64,000 nucleotides of DNA from an uncultured virus (IMG/VR IMGVR_UViG_3300007169_000009) (taxonomy: Duplodnaviria; Heunggongvirae; Uroviricota; Caudoviricetes): IMG/VR virus record IMGVR_UViG_3300007169_000009. The stretch is one strand, 5' to 3'. Shown here piece by piece: positions 8,847 to 19,800 of this stretch. The position numbers and the translations under genes are program-made. Every line of letters begins with the position of its first letter. Position 1 is the stretch's first letter. The notes beneath the pieces are model-generated. The model was not told the DNA's origin, did no database searches, and saw only the letters and a list, made by a program, of their open reading frames with translations.

Positions 8847-9503
8847 ATGGGCTTTGTCTCGACACTGGGGGCGCCTGACGCCAATTCGTACCTGTCGGTG
8901 GCACGGGCCACGACCGTTCTTTCTGAATTGCCGGCCAGCGCCGGTGTTTCAGCTTGGATCGCCTTGACTACTGCACAGAAAGAGCAAACGCTTGTTGCAG
9001 CGACGATGGCAGTCAATCCCCTGCAGTGGAAGGGGCAGCCTGCATCCAGCGAGCAGAGCCTTGCATGGCCAAGGCAGATCATTGCCGACTACTATTACGC
9101 GCCGACCGACGAGCTGCCTGTAGATTTTGAAATTGCTGTTGCCTACATGGCGGCATTTCTTGGTATAAACGGCGGCTACACGGGAATCGCCAACGCGGAT
9201 GGCGGGGCAACTCGATACAAGAATAGCGAATACGAGGAAGTTGAGCTTGGGCGTGGAGAGCTGCGAGTAAAGTTCAACAAAGATCAGGGATCGCAGACGG
9301 GGATGCTATTTATTCCGCCGTTTTCGATGGATATTTTTGCGAGATATATGGTTCGTGGAAGCTTTTACCAGCCGAGAATGCGGCGTGAATCCACTGCTCG
9401 CGTCGGCTATAGGGGCTTTGTGACCAGACAAAAGCCATCTAGCGTTCGATACGTTAATGGCCAGCTGTATCCCTATGGTGGTAGCTGGAATAACCGCTTC
9501 TAA
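8847..9503 (+). CDS. head-tail adaptor (DnaT-like annotated family)
   Basis: ANSYLSVA, WKG...QSLAWPR motifs; position. Confidence 0.8.
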   Translation: MGFVSTLGAPDANSYLSVARATTVLSELPASAGVSAWIALTTAQKEQTLVAATMAVNPLQWKGQPASSEQSLAWPRQIIADYYYAPTDELPVDFEIAVAYMAAFLGINGGYTGIANADGGATRYKNSEYEEVELGRGELRVKFNKDQGSQTGMLFIPPFSMDIFARYMVRGSFYQPRMRRESTARVGYRGFVTRQKPSSVRYVNGQLYPYGGSWNNRF

Positions 9504-9505
9504 CA

Positions 9506-9883
9506 ATGTCACTTGTAGACGACATTTTTGGCTCGATCCCGGCTCCGCTGATTGATCAGTGGGGCATTCCAATTGTCTATATTAAGGCTTCGCAATCTCC
9601 AACGTACAACCCGCAAACCGGAGTTGTATCTGGCGCTAGCACTGAAATTCAAGCAAGGGCAATGGTGTCGGAAATTACTTCAGAGGAGAAAGAGGCTTTT
9701 TCCCAGGAGGGAACGGTAAAATTCCTGATCCCAGCGTCTTATCTTGGTGGATACTACCCACAAGTTACAGATTCTATCCGCTACACTCAAAACGGCGTAT
9801 CAAGGACCGCAAAAATTATCAAGCCGGCTTCGATTCGCGGTGACAGCCCTATCATGCACTCAGTTATCGGGAGGCTTGGATAA
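9506..9883 (+). CDS. head closure/stopper protein
   Basis: TYNPQTG motif; synteny. Confidence 0.65.
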   Translation: MSLVDDIFGSIPAPLIDQWGIPIVYIKASQSPTYNPQTGVVSGASTEIQARAMVSEITSEEKEAFSQEGTVKFLIPASYLGGYYPQVTDSIRYTQNGVSRTAKIIKPASIRGDSPIMHSVIGRLG

Positions 9884-10572
9884 TGGCCAGCAGGGCCGGG
9901 AAAGCCTCGCGGGCGAGGTCTTCTTTTTCAAGGAGACAGGCCACACTAAATCGTCAAATTGTCAAAAGAGCAGAGGAAGAGTATGCAGGTCAGCTAAGAC
10001 GAGAGATCGGCAGAGCGCTGCAGGCTGCTGCCATTGAAACCATGAATGGCTTGTCCAAGGCCGGCCCCGCCTGGAGCGGCCAGTTTTCCGCTTCATGGCG
10101 GTTCGTGCCCGATGGAGCCTCTGGTGGCGAACCCGGCCCGGAGGGCTCAGTTTACAGATACACGAAAAATGATCTAACGATTACGACCGTAGAAAGATAC
10201 CTGAAGGGCGGCCGAACTGGCCCAAGCACAAAGCTGGCGGAAGTCACTAAGTTTCAAATTGTCAATACGGCACAACACGCAAATCTTGCAATTGAGGGAG
10301 AAGTCGGCAATTTTCGTAGAGACATTGCGCAGAGCAAGGGTTGGCCGGAGCCTCTTAAGGATCCCCGCCGCGTCAGCCCGTATGGTCTTGGGCTAGAAAG
10401 GGACAATCCGGGGTATCGCTATGAAATAGGCCCAGAATTTAATGGCAGCTTTAACGAAAGCGGGTCGTCCATGACGGCGGAACAGGACTGGTATATCACG
10501 TACACAAGAGGCGGCAAACTTGACTTTGACCTCAAAAGAGGATTTGAAATTGGATTTAGCGGGAGATTCTAG
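9883..10572 (+). CDS. neck/tail completion protein (HK97 gp10-like position)
   Basis: GPAWSGQFSASW motif; synteny. Confidence 0.6.
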   Translation: MASRAGKASRARSSFSRRQATLNRQIVKRAEEEYAGQLRREIGRALQAAAIETMNGLSKAGPAWSGQFSASWRFVPDGASGGEPGPEGSVYRYTKNDLTITTVERYLKGGRTGPSTKLAEVTKFQIVNTAQHANLAIEGEVGNFRRDIAQSKGWPEPLKDPRRVSPYGLGLERDNPGYRYEIGPEFNGSFNESGSSMTAEQDWYITYTRGGKLDFDLKRGFEIGFSGRF

Positions 10573-11000
10573 TGAACTATCAGTCTATTCGCGCAAAAAT
10601 TGAAGCGCCACTCCTTACTGCTTACAACACTCAAGTGCCCCCGGTTCCTGTCTATTTTGACAATGTGACGGCAGTTCCGCCCGATCCGCCAAAGGAATAT
10701 GTGCGCGTTAATGTAACATTTGGACTCACAACCGAGTCAACTCTTGATGGCTCTCTTGATTACGCCAGGGGAGCCCTAATCGTTCGGTGCTATGCGCCGA
10801 AGAGCAATGGCCCGGCAAGATGCCAAGAAATGATAGCTCTTGCAAAGGCTGTCATTGATACCCTGAACTCTAGCAAGAAATCTTCGGATTCAACATACGT
10901 TCGCGTTGGGCAAATTACTGGCCCTTCTTTCCCGTATTCAGACGAAGCCCCGCATTTCATCGGCAGAATAGAAGCCGGCTGGCAGGCCTCCGCAAAGTAG
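10572..11000 (+). CDS. tail terminator protein
   Basis: MNYQSIRA..E, VYFDN, PKSNG motifs; precedes tail tube. Confidence 0.75.
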   Translation: MNYQSIRAKIEAPLLTAYNTQVPPVPVYFDNVTAVPPDPPKEYVRVNVTFGLTTESTLDGSLDYARGALIVRCYAPKSNGPARCQEMIALAKAVIDTLNSSKKSSDSTYVRVGQITGPSFPYSDEAPHFIGRIEAGWQASAK

Positions 11001-11052
11001 GCCGCTACTCTAGGGGCACCGGGCACCGCCCGAAACACTTGCCCTTGGTCCG

Positions 11053-11820
11053 ATGTCTGCAACCGTTCTCACCGGCACGTCCGGCGCCCTGTACTACAAG
11101 CCCGCCGGAACGCTTGGCACATTTGCACCAGGCGACGTAAGCACAGCCAACGCCGAATTCACTGTTGAGCCCTACCTGAACTTCAAGATTGGCGATCCGG
11201 TTAAGTTTGCTGTTTACAACGCCGCAGGTGGCACTGTCGCCGGCACGCTGCCTGCCGGCATCACGGCTGGCACGACCTACTACGTGATCGCTTACACCCC
11301 CGCAACCGGCATCCTGAAGGTCTCGGCTACCCTAGGCGGATCGAGCGTGACGCTTACGACTGCTGGCACGGCAGTTGCGCCAAACGAGTTCAAGGTTGAA
11401 TACGCAGATTTCGCGCTCGTTGCTGAGGTTCGTGACTGGACCTTTGAGTTCAGCCGTAGTGAAATCGACGTGACGACCATCGGTCAGACCGCCGGCCAGT
11501 ACGCGCCATTCCGCAACTACATCACTGGCTTTGCTGATGGCACCGGCAGCACCAACGTCTACATGACGGACGAGGACACTTCTTTTGCTAACCGAATGAT
11601 TGAGGACGTGCTTCAGCGTCAGCAAGTTGGGGCTTCGTTCAAGCTCTACATTGATCGCGTGACTGTCGGCGGCACGATCAGCGAAACCAAGTCTCGCTCG
11701 ATCGCCGTTGAAGCCGTACTGACCAGCGCGAGCCTCAACATCAACCCGGATGATGCAATTTCGGTTGCCATCAACTTCCGCCCCTCCGGCAGCGTTACGT
11801 TCGACCTGAGCCAATCCTGA
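11053..11820 (+). CDS. major tail tube protein
   Basis: VRDWTFEFSRSEIDVTTIG...YITGFADGTG; strong codon bias. Confidence 0.88.
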   Translation: MSATVLTGTSGALYYKPAGTLGTFAPGDVSTANAEFTVEPYLNFKIGDPVKFAVYNAAGGTVAGTLPAGITAGTTYYVIAYTPATGILKVSATLGGSSVTLTTAGTAVAPNEFKVEYADFALVAEVRDWTFEFSRSEIDVTTIGQTAGQYAPFRNYITGFADGTGSTNVYMTDEDTSFANRMIEDVLQRQQVGASFKLYIDRVTVGGTISETKSRSIAVEAVLTSASLNINPDDAISVAINFRPSGSVTFDLSQS

Positions 11821-11837
11821 TCCTCGCAAGAGTCAAC

Positions 11838-11865
11838 GGCCCCGCAATAGCGGGGCTTTCTTTTT
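11838..11865 (+). terminator. intrinsic terminator
   Basis: GCCCCGC-AATA-GCGGGGC-TTTCTTTTT. Confidence 0.85.
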
Positions 11866-11875
11866 GGTGATTTCC

Positions 11876-13195
11876 ATGCCTGATGCAGTTGTTCACGGAA
11901 CTATCGACACTGGCGCCGCCCAGGAGATCGGGGCTACCAGGCAGGGGCGCCTGATGGTTGACTCCGCCTTCTCGGCAGGCTCAGTAGACGCTTTCGAGCG
12001 TCTTCGCGTCTCTGCGCCGCAGACCTTGTTTGACTCGTTCCACAGGTTCACCGATAACGGGCTCTGGGCGACCGCCACAGCCTCTGGTGGCGCTGCCGTT
12101 TTTAATGCAAACCAGGGGCTTGTCGATCTGAATGTAACAAGCGCTTCCGGTTCAGAAGTTCTTAGAGAGACAAGAAAAGTATTTCCGTATCAACCCGGCA
12201 AGTCGCTTCGGGTTGACTGCAGCTTTGTATTCAATTCTCCAAAGCCTGGCCTGAGGCAACGCGCTGGATACTTTGATTCGCAGAATGGCCATTTCGTTGA
12301 AATGACCGATAGCGCGAGTGGCTTTTGTTTTGTCGAGCGATCTTTCGTAACTGGCTCAGTTGTAGAAACAAAAGTAAGCCGGCTTGGCGGGGCTTATGGC
12401 GTCAGCGATACCGGCTGGAATTATGATCGACTTGATGGGTCAGGGCCATCAAAAATTGTTCTCGATCCTACGGCTTCTCAGATTTTTGCTCTTGATCTTG
12501 AGTGGCTGGGGGTCGGCACGGCTTGCGTTGGCTTTTATATCAATAGGCGCTTTATTCCTTGTCACTTATTCAATCATGCAAATATAGTCAAAACAACATA
12601 CACCACAACTGCCTGCCTTCCTCTTCGATATGAAATAACCAACACATCGGCGACGACTGGTGCTAGCACGCTAAAGCAGATTTGCTCGACTGTCATATCT
12701 GAGGGTGGCTACGAGCTGCGTGGAGCGCCTGGAACAATTGGACAGGCCATAGGCTCTCCCTATTCTCTCGCCGTTGCTGCTACTCGCTATCCAATTGTCG
12801 CATTGAGATTGAAGGCGGCGCAGCTCAATTCTATTGTCGTACCAACCGCAGCATATCTAATGGGAGTCGGCAATAATCACGCATACAAATGGGAGGTTGT
12901 CACAGATTGCTCGATTACTGGTGGCGCATGGGTCAGCGCTGGCGCAAACTCTTCCCTGGAATACAACATGACAGGGACTGCCGTGGTTGGCGGCGCTGCA
13001 AGAGCGTCTGGATTTTTTAGTTCTTCAAACCAATCAACTGCAATGGCGAATGTCCTGAGAGACCAATTTCTTGGATTACAGCTTGAGCGGGATCCATTTA
13101 CTGCCACTCCGTCTGTGTTTGCTTTGATTGCTTCCTCTGACACGGCATCGAGCAGTGTCTACGGAAGCGTTGACTGGGAGCAGGTGACGCACTGA
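11876..13195 (+). CDS. virion structural protein (beta-rich)
   Basis: DAFERLRVS.P.TLFDS, YQPGKS, EWLGVG, QICSTVISEGG motifs typical of cyanophage structural proteins. Confidence 0.7.
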   Translation: MPDAVVHGTIDTGAAQEIGATRQGRLMVDSAFSAGSVDAFERLRVSAPQTLFDSFHRFTDNGLWATATASGGAAVFNANQGLVDLNVTSASGSEVLRETRKVFPYQPGKSLRVDCSFVFNSPKPGLRQRAGYFDSQNGHFVEMTDSASGFCFVERSFVTGSVVETKVSRLGGAYGVSDTGWNYDRLDGSGPSKIVLDPTASQIFALDLEWLGVGTACVGFYINRRFIPCHLFNHANIVKTTYTTTACLPLRYEITNTSATTGASTLKQICSTVISEGGYELRGAPGTIGQAIGSPYSLAVAATRYPIVALRLKAAQLNSIVVPTAAYLMGVGNNHAYKWEVVTDCSITGGAWVSAGANSSLEYNMTGTAVVGGAARASGFFSSSNQSTAMANVLRDQFLGLQLERDPFTATPSVFALIASSDTASSSVYGSVDWEQVTH

Positions 13196-13246
13196 TCTGC
13201 GGAATCTGGTCAACTGGGGTAGACTGATGAAGACCGCTTTTTTCTT

Positions 13247-13615
13247 ATGAGCGCCCAACCCTCTCCGAACGCCGCCCCCATGAGGGCGATCGACCGCCTG
13301 CGCAAGGCGGCGAACTTTGAGCCCATCAAGCAGCGCGTCACTCTTGAAAATGGTGACGAGTTTGTTTTTTATGTTCAGCCACTGACTGCCGCAGAGCGCG
13401 AAAAAGCGCAAAAAGACGCAGCCAGTGATAGCGCAAATGACTTTGCGCTTCAGCTGATCTGCCACAAGGCTCTTGACGAAAACGGAGAGCGGCTTTTCAG
13501 GCCCGGCGACATTCCCGACATGAAGCGTGAAGTTGAGGATGAAGACATCCAAAAACTGATGATGTGCGTCCTGAAGCCGCGTACCAACGAAAATTGCGAT
13601 CTCAAAAGAGGTTGA
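13247..13615 (+). CDS. tail assembly chaperone (G)
   Basis: PLTAAERE.AQK, KALDENG.RLF; between tube and tape measure. Confidence 0.85.
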   Translation: MSAQPSPNAAPMRAIDRLRKAANFEPIKQRVTLENGDEFVFYVQPLTAAEREKAQKDAASDSANDFALQLICHKALDENGERLFRPGDIPDMKREVEDEDIQKLMMCVLKPRTNENCDLKRG

Positions 13616-13805
13616 GTCGCAGCTTGAGCTTGATTCTCGCCTTTACTTTCAGCTGGCTCTTGCCGAAGTTTTGCACTGCACTCTGTTTGAGTTAAAGAAC
13701 AGGGTTACAGAGGAGGAAATGATTCTTTGGCAAGCGTTCTTCGCAGTTAAGGGACGCCACCAGGAGAGGGAAGTAGAGAGAATCAAGCAAAAAGCCCGTC
13801 GCTAG
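13602..13805 (+). CDS. tail assembly chaperone T segment (frameshift extension)
   Basis: Open +1 frame SKEVESQLELDSRLYFQLALAEVLHCTLFELK...WQAFF overlapping the end of G. Confidence 0.7.
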   Translation, partial: SKEVESQLELDSRLYFQLALAEVLHCTLFELKNRVTEEEMILWQAFFAVKGRHQEREVERIKQKARR

Positions 13806-13831
13806 CCGCCCCTGTTGGGGGTGGCTTTTTT
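13804..13831 (+). terminator. intrinsic terminator
   Basis: AGCCGCCCC-loop-GGGGTGGCT-TTTTT. Confidence 0.75.
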
Positions 13832-13871
13832 CTGCCTAGCTAGACTCCGGGGAGGCAGGAGGCTTTGCGAC

Positions 13872-16800
13872 GTGGCCAGCACACAAGCGACAATTGATCT
13901 TATTGTTCGTGGTTCGGCTGCTGTTAATAGGCTGATTTCTGATGTAGGCCAGCTTCAAGGTGCGGTCCAGCGAATCAATAGCCAGACGCTAGATGTTGCG
14001 CCAGGTGATCTTCGGCGACGCACAAATGATCTGACTTCTGCTATGAATGGCCTAGCCGATAGGGCGAATACCCTTGGCAGGAGAAGAGCGCAAGCGCTTC
14101 GGGAAGAAATTGCTGAAATGGGCAGGCTTGCAACTGCCCAAAGAAATCAGCAAGCGGCGCTAGAGGATGCCGCAAGAGCAGAGCGCGAGCTTTCAAGGCT
14201 GGCGGGCCGAGACGAGTCTCGCTCAAGAAGAACAGACGAATTGCGCAGAAACTTAATTAACGCCACGAGCCAGGCAGAAGCATTTTCAGATGAGATAGAT
14301 TCTGCTGCCACTTCGGCGAGAACCTTGCGTCAGGAAGTTGAGCAAATTAGCCAGGCATATAGAAATGTAGCGACTGCGGCAGAGCCAATAATAAATGCTA
14401 ATCAAGTAGCGGCATCTTCAGATGCGGTAAGAGCGCTTGCGCGTGAGTATAACGCATTTGGAGACTCGCTTCAGCGAGGCGCAAGGGAAACAAGACTTTC
14501 GCGGACGCTTATTCCAGGGCAAATATCAAGTTTTAGGCAGCTTGGAAGTGAAATAGAGCAAGTTGACGCTTCTTTGCAAAATTTGCGAGCAGAACTTTCA
14601 AGACTTGGTGCGCAGGAAACAATTGTAAGAATTTCTGCGCCAAGAGCCATTCAAGAAGGAGAGCTTCTGCTGGGGCCGGTGGATCTGCAGGCTCAGGTTC
14701 AAGCTCAGCAAGAAAATACTGCAAGAGAGCAAAGAAATCAACGTCGAACCGAAATTGCAGAGCAAATAAGGCAGCAAGAGAACCAATTAGCAAATCTTGA
14801 AAGACAAGCGGCTAGAGTCGGTCGGCAGACCGTTGCACGTCAAGATGAATTGACCAGATTAACAGAAGGCAGAACGCCACAGCAGAACCAGCCTGCGGGT
14901 CTTTCGGTTTCGCTAAATCAAATTCAAGCGCAAGCCGAAGGGCTTGCCCTGGTGGCGAATAATTCAGCAATTGCCAGCAACGCCTTTAATCAGTTTACAG
15001 TTGCAGCCGAAATAGCTTCAATCAAGCTCGCAAGATCCCAGCAGGCCACATTTGCGGCTCTTGCTGGTGGCTTCTCAGAAGCAATGGCGCCTCCGCCCGG
15101 TCTTGGTGGAAGCGTGCCCGGTGGCAGCGCGATTGGTGGCGCAAGGGCGCAAGTAGCGGAACTGATCAATATGATTCCCGAGCTGACTAGAAGCGAGGCG
15201 GCTCTAGGGGCTCATATCAGTCTTCTTACGAAGGTTCAGCAGCTGCTCCCGTTCGTAAGTCTTGAATATAGGGCTGTCGAGGATGCCATCAGGGGGCTGA
15301 ATGAGGAATTGCAGGATGCTGCTGCAATGAAGAACGCCCCTGCTACGAGACTCGGCAGCCTTGAGCAATACAGGCAGCAAGAAGCGTTTAGATCAGGCGT
15401 AGAGAGAACGCAGCAGCGTAGACAAAAAGAATCCAACAGTATTCTCGATAAATATTCTAAAATTTATTCAGATATTTACGACGCCCAAATTGAACAAGTT
15501 GATAAAACTCGTCTTCTGGAAAACTCAAGCCGAGTTCTTGAGGCTCTTGACGAAGATCGCCTTGAAAGCGCCAAGGCGATAACTCGCGAACTGCAAGATC
15601 AGCTCAATGCCGCCAAAGGCAGGAGCAAAGCGGAGAGGGAGGCTGCAAGGCGCGGCGGCCCGTCTATGCCGGTGACTGGCCGCTTGGTGACAGGGGGCGC
15701 GGTTCCGGGTTCTCCGGCCGCGCAGGGGCGGCGCGGCCCCGCCCTGCCAGTTTCCGGCCGCTTGATTGGTGGCGGGTTTGCGCCTGGTTCGCCGGAGGCG
15801 AAGCGCCAGGAGGCCATGAACCAGGCGCGTCTCAAAAACATTATTCGCTCCGGCGAAATAGCAGAGAAAAATTTAATCAAACTGCAGGCACAGGATCCAA
15901 GCGAACTTCTTAACAAAGAGCTTGCGAATCTTCAGGGTCAGCTAGTCGAAGCGCAAAAGACGCTGAACAAAGCTAAGCAAGAAGGGGTCAGCATTAGGAA
16001 GGTTGATGTTGACCTTCTTGGCTACGAGATAGCCGCCACTAGCAAGCTAGCGCAGCTTGAGAAAAAAGACGCGACCGCCAAAAAAGCAAAAGACGGCCCA
16101 TCTGTAGCGATTGATAATCTCGTAGAGCAGCGCAAGTATCAAAGGCAAATCAACGACGCATACAAAGAGCAAGAAGACCTTATCGACAAAATCAACAAAG
16201 CCGGACTATCTCAAAATCAGGTTGAAAAGCTTTCTATTGGCATTGGCCAAGCCCGAGAGGCACTGCTTGGCAATCAGCTTGAGGAATCGCAGCAAATAAC
16301 TCGCGAAGTAGAAAAACAGCTGCAACTTGAGAAAGAAATTGAAAGTAATAGGCAAAAGCAACGCGCAAAAGGCGTCAACTGGACCACCTTTCTTGCTCGT
16401 GGCGAAGAAGCTATTGCTGAAAACCGAGGCAATGCCGCAGCTGCTTCTAAGAAAGAAATGGAAGATGCTGCCAATGCTCGCAAAAATCAGTTGACAAAGC
16501 TGGAAACGCAGCTCAATAACTATACGATTCTTGAAGGCAAGGGCGTTAAGTTTATGGAGGAAAAAGCGGAGCTGGCCGAGCTTGTTAGCGGGCTCTCCAA
16601 TAATCAGATAGCCCTAACCAAGCAAGAAACAGAAGCCATTGACGAGCTAATTAAAAAATTCAGGCTTTACTCTGATCTTAGGGTGAGCCAAGCCAAGACA
16701 GCTGGAACATACAAGAGCGGTCCATCCGGCAAGACACAAGCAGAAATAAACGAAGACAGAAGGGAAAGGGTTCTCAAGAGCGCAAGAACTCAAGAAGAAA

Positions 16801-19800
16801 GGCTTCTCAAGCTTGGCCGCAAGGGAGTTGATGTTGCCGACCTGAGAAAAGGCCTTGAAGAGCAAATCCTGAACATCCAGAAGCTTCAAGGTAGCGCTAC
16901 CGCTGACAGCGTGCGCGAAGCGGCTGAAGCGCTAATGGTGTATAGGAGGGCCATTGATGATCTCGGCAATAGCCTCGGCAAGGGTTCCAAGTCAGGCCCT
17001 GGCCTTGAGCAAGCGCTGCAAAAGCTCAGGGAGGCTCGCGGCTCAAGAGAAGCCTTCCTTGCTGGCGCCTCTCCGGCAGTGGCTATTGACAAGATTGTAA
17101 GAGAATTCAACTCCGGCGGGGAAAGTGCCGATGATGCCGGCAAGAACATTGCCGAAACTTTTGCAAATAGCCTTGAAGCCAGCACGCCAGCTGCCGCAGC
17201 TGCTGCGAAGAAGATGGCAGAGGGGTCTACTGACGCAATAAACAAGGAATTTGGAATCAATAGCCCGTCGCGGTTCATGATTGAACTTGTTAGAAATCTT
17301 GTAACGACTTATGTTGATCAGTTAAGAGAAGCAACTCCAACAATTCAGGAGGCGGCGAGAAAGGCTTTTTCAATTGACGAAAAAACCCTTAAAGGATTTA
17401 GTGGAAGGGTGATAGACGAAAAAACGAGCCAAGGCCTGCTGGATGCCGGCGCAAAGGCCGGCGCCGCCCTGCTAAGCGAAGGCTCTGGAAAAAAAGTGTC
17501 AGCAGAGGAAATGGCAGGCTATATTGCACAAAAGGGAACAATACTTAACCCAGCAAAATTACAGGAATTTCTTGGAGAAAAGTTTTTTAAGGCAGCGGAG
17601 GGCCAGCTTTCTGTCGGAAATGTTGGGACAGAGCTTAAGGTAGTCCAAGATATTTACAAACAGTTTTATGGAATAGGCAGGGAAGCCGGAGAGGCCGTCT
17701 TTAGCGCACAAGAAATTGAACTGGCTATCAAAAATTTAACAAGTGGCCTTGATATTATTGCGACTCTAGTGCAGGCAAGTGCCGATTTAACGAAAAAATT
17801 TGGATCAAGCAAGGCTGGAAAGGGAATGCTTGTTCCTCTTGGCGAAACTGATCCAAGCGTAATGGCGGGGCAGGCCAAGGCTTTTGGCGGGGCTGGATTC
17901 GCTGGAATGTCAGAGGCTGAATGGAGTAATTTGTTTACGCGACTTGGCGGCGTACCGGATTTCAATAAACTGTTTACTCAGCAAGAGTTCTATAAAATTA
18001 AAAATCAAAAAGCAGACCAAGAGCTGCAAGACAGATTTAAGTCTATTTTTGACGCAGAGACTACATACACTACTGGCTCACGCGCAAAAGCCCCAAGACT
18101 GGTAGACATTCGCCAGCCAAATATCTTTTCAGCGTTTGTTGAGCAAGCCAAGGCTGCCGTCTCTGCTGCTATTCCAAAAACAGCGCAAGAGCAAATTCCA
18201 GCTGCCTATGGCACGAGCCCAGAAAGGATGGCGAGGCTGTATGGGAATGCTCGTGGCCAAGGTGCGGGTCGATTTGGAATTTCAGAAGAGCAATGGCTGG
18301 CCGGCTTCAAGAAAATTGGCATGGTGCCAGATTTTGAAAAAATGTTTGGCAAAGAGCAATGGAGCCTTGTTGAACAGGGCAATGACATACCAGAAATAGA
18401 AAACAAGATTAAATCAATAATCCTCGGCGCCGCGTCAAAGGCTGCCAAGGAGATTATTGCAGGCTCGTCTTCTCTCACTACAATTCCAGGCCAGGCACAA
18501 ATTGCTGGAGCCGGGGAAATAGTCGCGGAGGACGATAAGCAAAGGCGGCGAATCGAAGAGGCATATCGACGCTCTGCCGAAAGACAGGCCGCGATCATGG
18601 CAGAAGACACAGCAATGCGGATTGCTGGAAAAAGCCTTGTGCCCGCTCCAGCGGCTCAACCCATACCAGAAGTTCAACCAGCTCAGGCAGCACAACAAAT
18701 TCAAGAAAAGACAGCCATTGGCGCAGAAGTTAAAAAAACAATTGATTCCGTCTTTACGGATATTGGCATAGCCGCAAAAAATGGCGTCAAGAAAATACAG
18801 GAATCAAAAGTCGGCCAAGCAATTGACTCGATTTCAAGTAACATAGGAACAGCCGCCGATAAAGCCAGCCAAAAGATAAAAAAAACAGAGGCAGGCAAGG
18901 CTTTCGACTTCGTTGCAGATAAGACCAAAAAGGGCGCCGATGCCTTCCTTGCCAAAATAAAAGGAACAAAGGCCGAAAAAGCCTTCGATTTCTTGTTCGC
19001 TCAAATTGATCGAGCAATCGACAAGGCCCAGAGCGCGGCGAGCGGCATTGGCGGCGGCTTCGGCGCTGGTGGCGGCACCCGTCCCCCCTCTGGTGGCGGC
19101 CCTGGTGGCCCCGGCGGCCCTGGCGGCCAGAAAGACCCGGAGGAGTTTGCCCGGAGGCTTGACGAGGCAACGAAGAAGGGGGCAGAGGCGCTGCTGGGCC
19201 TGGAGGAGCTGAGGGATCCCACGAAAGCATCTATCAATGAGATAGAAGCCCTTTCTGCCGTATTGAAAGAATTTAGGGCAGTTCTTGATCCAACCGCGAA
19301 AGGCTTTGATCGCCTTGACGACCAGCTTCGCGAGACAATTGCAAAAATTGATCGTGAAGGGCAGGTAAGGGCTCCTGACGCGGGCTTCTTGACGAGATTC
19401 ACGAGAGATCCGCGCAAGGCAAATGCCATCAGCGAGGGATTGATTGGTGGCGCGTTCCCGCTGCTGTTTGGCCAGGGACTCGGGGCATCGGTTGGCGGCG
19501 GCCTTGGCGGTTTTGCTGGTGGTTTTGCTGGTGGCGGCCTTGGTTTTGGCCTGTCCCTGATTGGCACTGCTCTTGGCACTGCATTTGATACTGCTGTTCA
19601 AGGCGCCAAGGAGCTTGGTGCCGCTCTTCAGAAACCAGTAGAAAACTTTGACAAACTTGCTGAAAAATCGTTCTTCTCTTCCAGGGGGCAAGAAGAGCTG
19701 ATTAAAAGAACAATTCAATCTGGCAACGCATCATTCGCTTCTGCCCTGATTCAACAAGAGGCAATTAAAAAAGTCGGCGTTAATGGTGTCAAAAATTTGA

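Noticed and set aside
13815..13871. Track-called upstream starts (TMP 13815, portal 2866, sigma 36256, cyAbrB 44887, MazG 45308, thyX 50103, gpI 24059)
   Set aside because: Extensions overlap terminators, promoter motifs or upstream genes; downstream in-frame starts fit better
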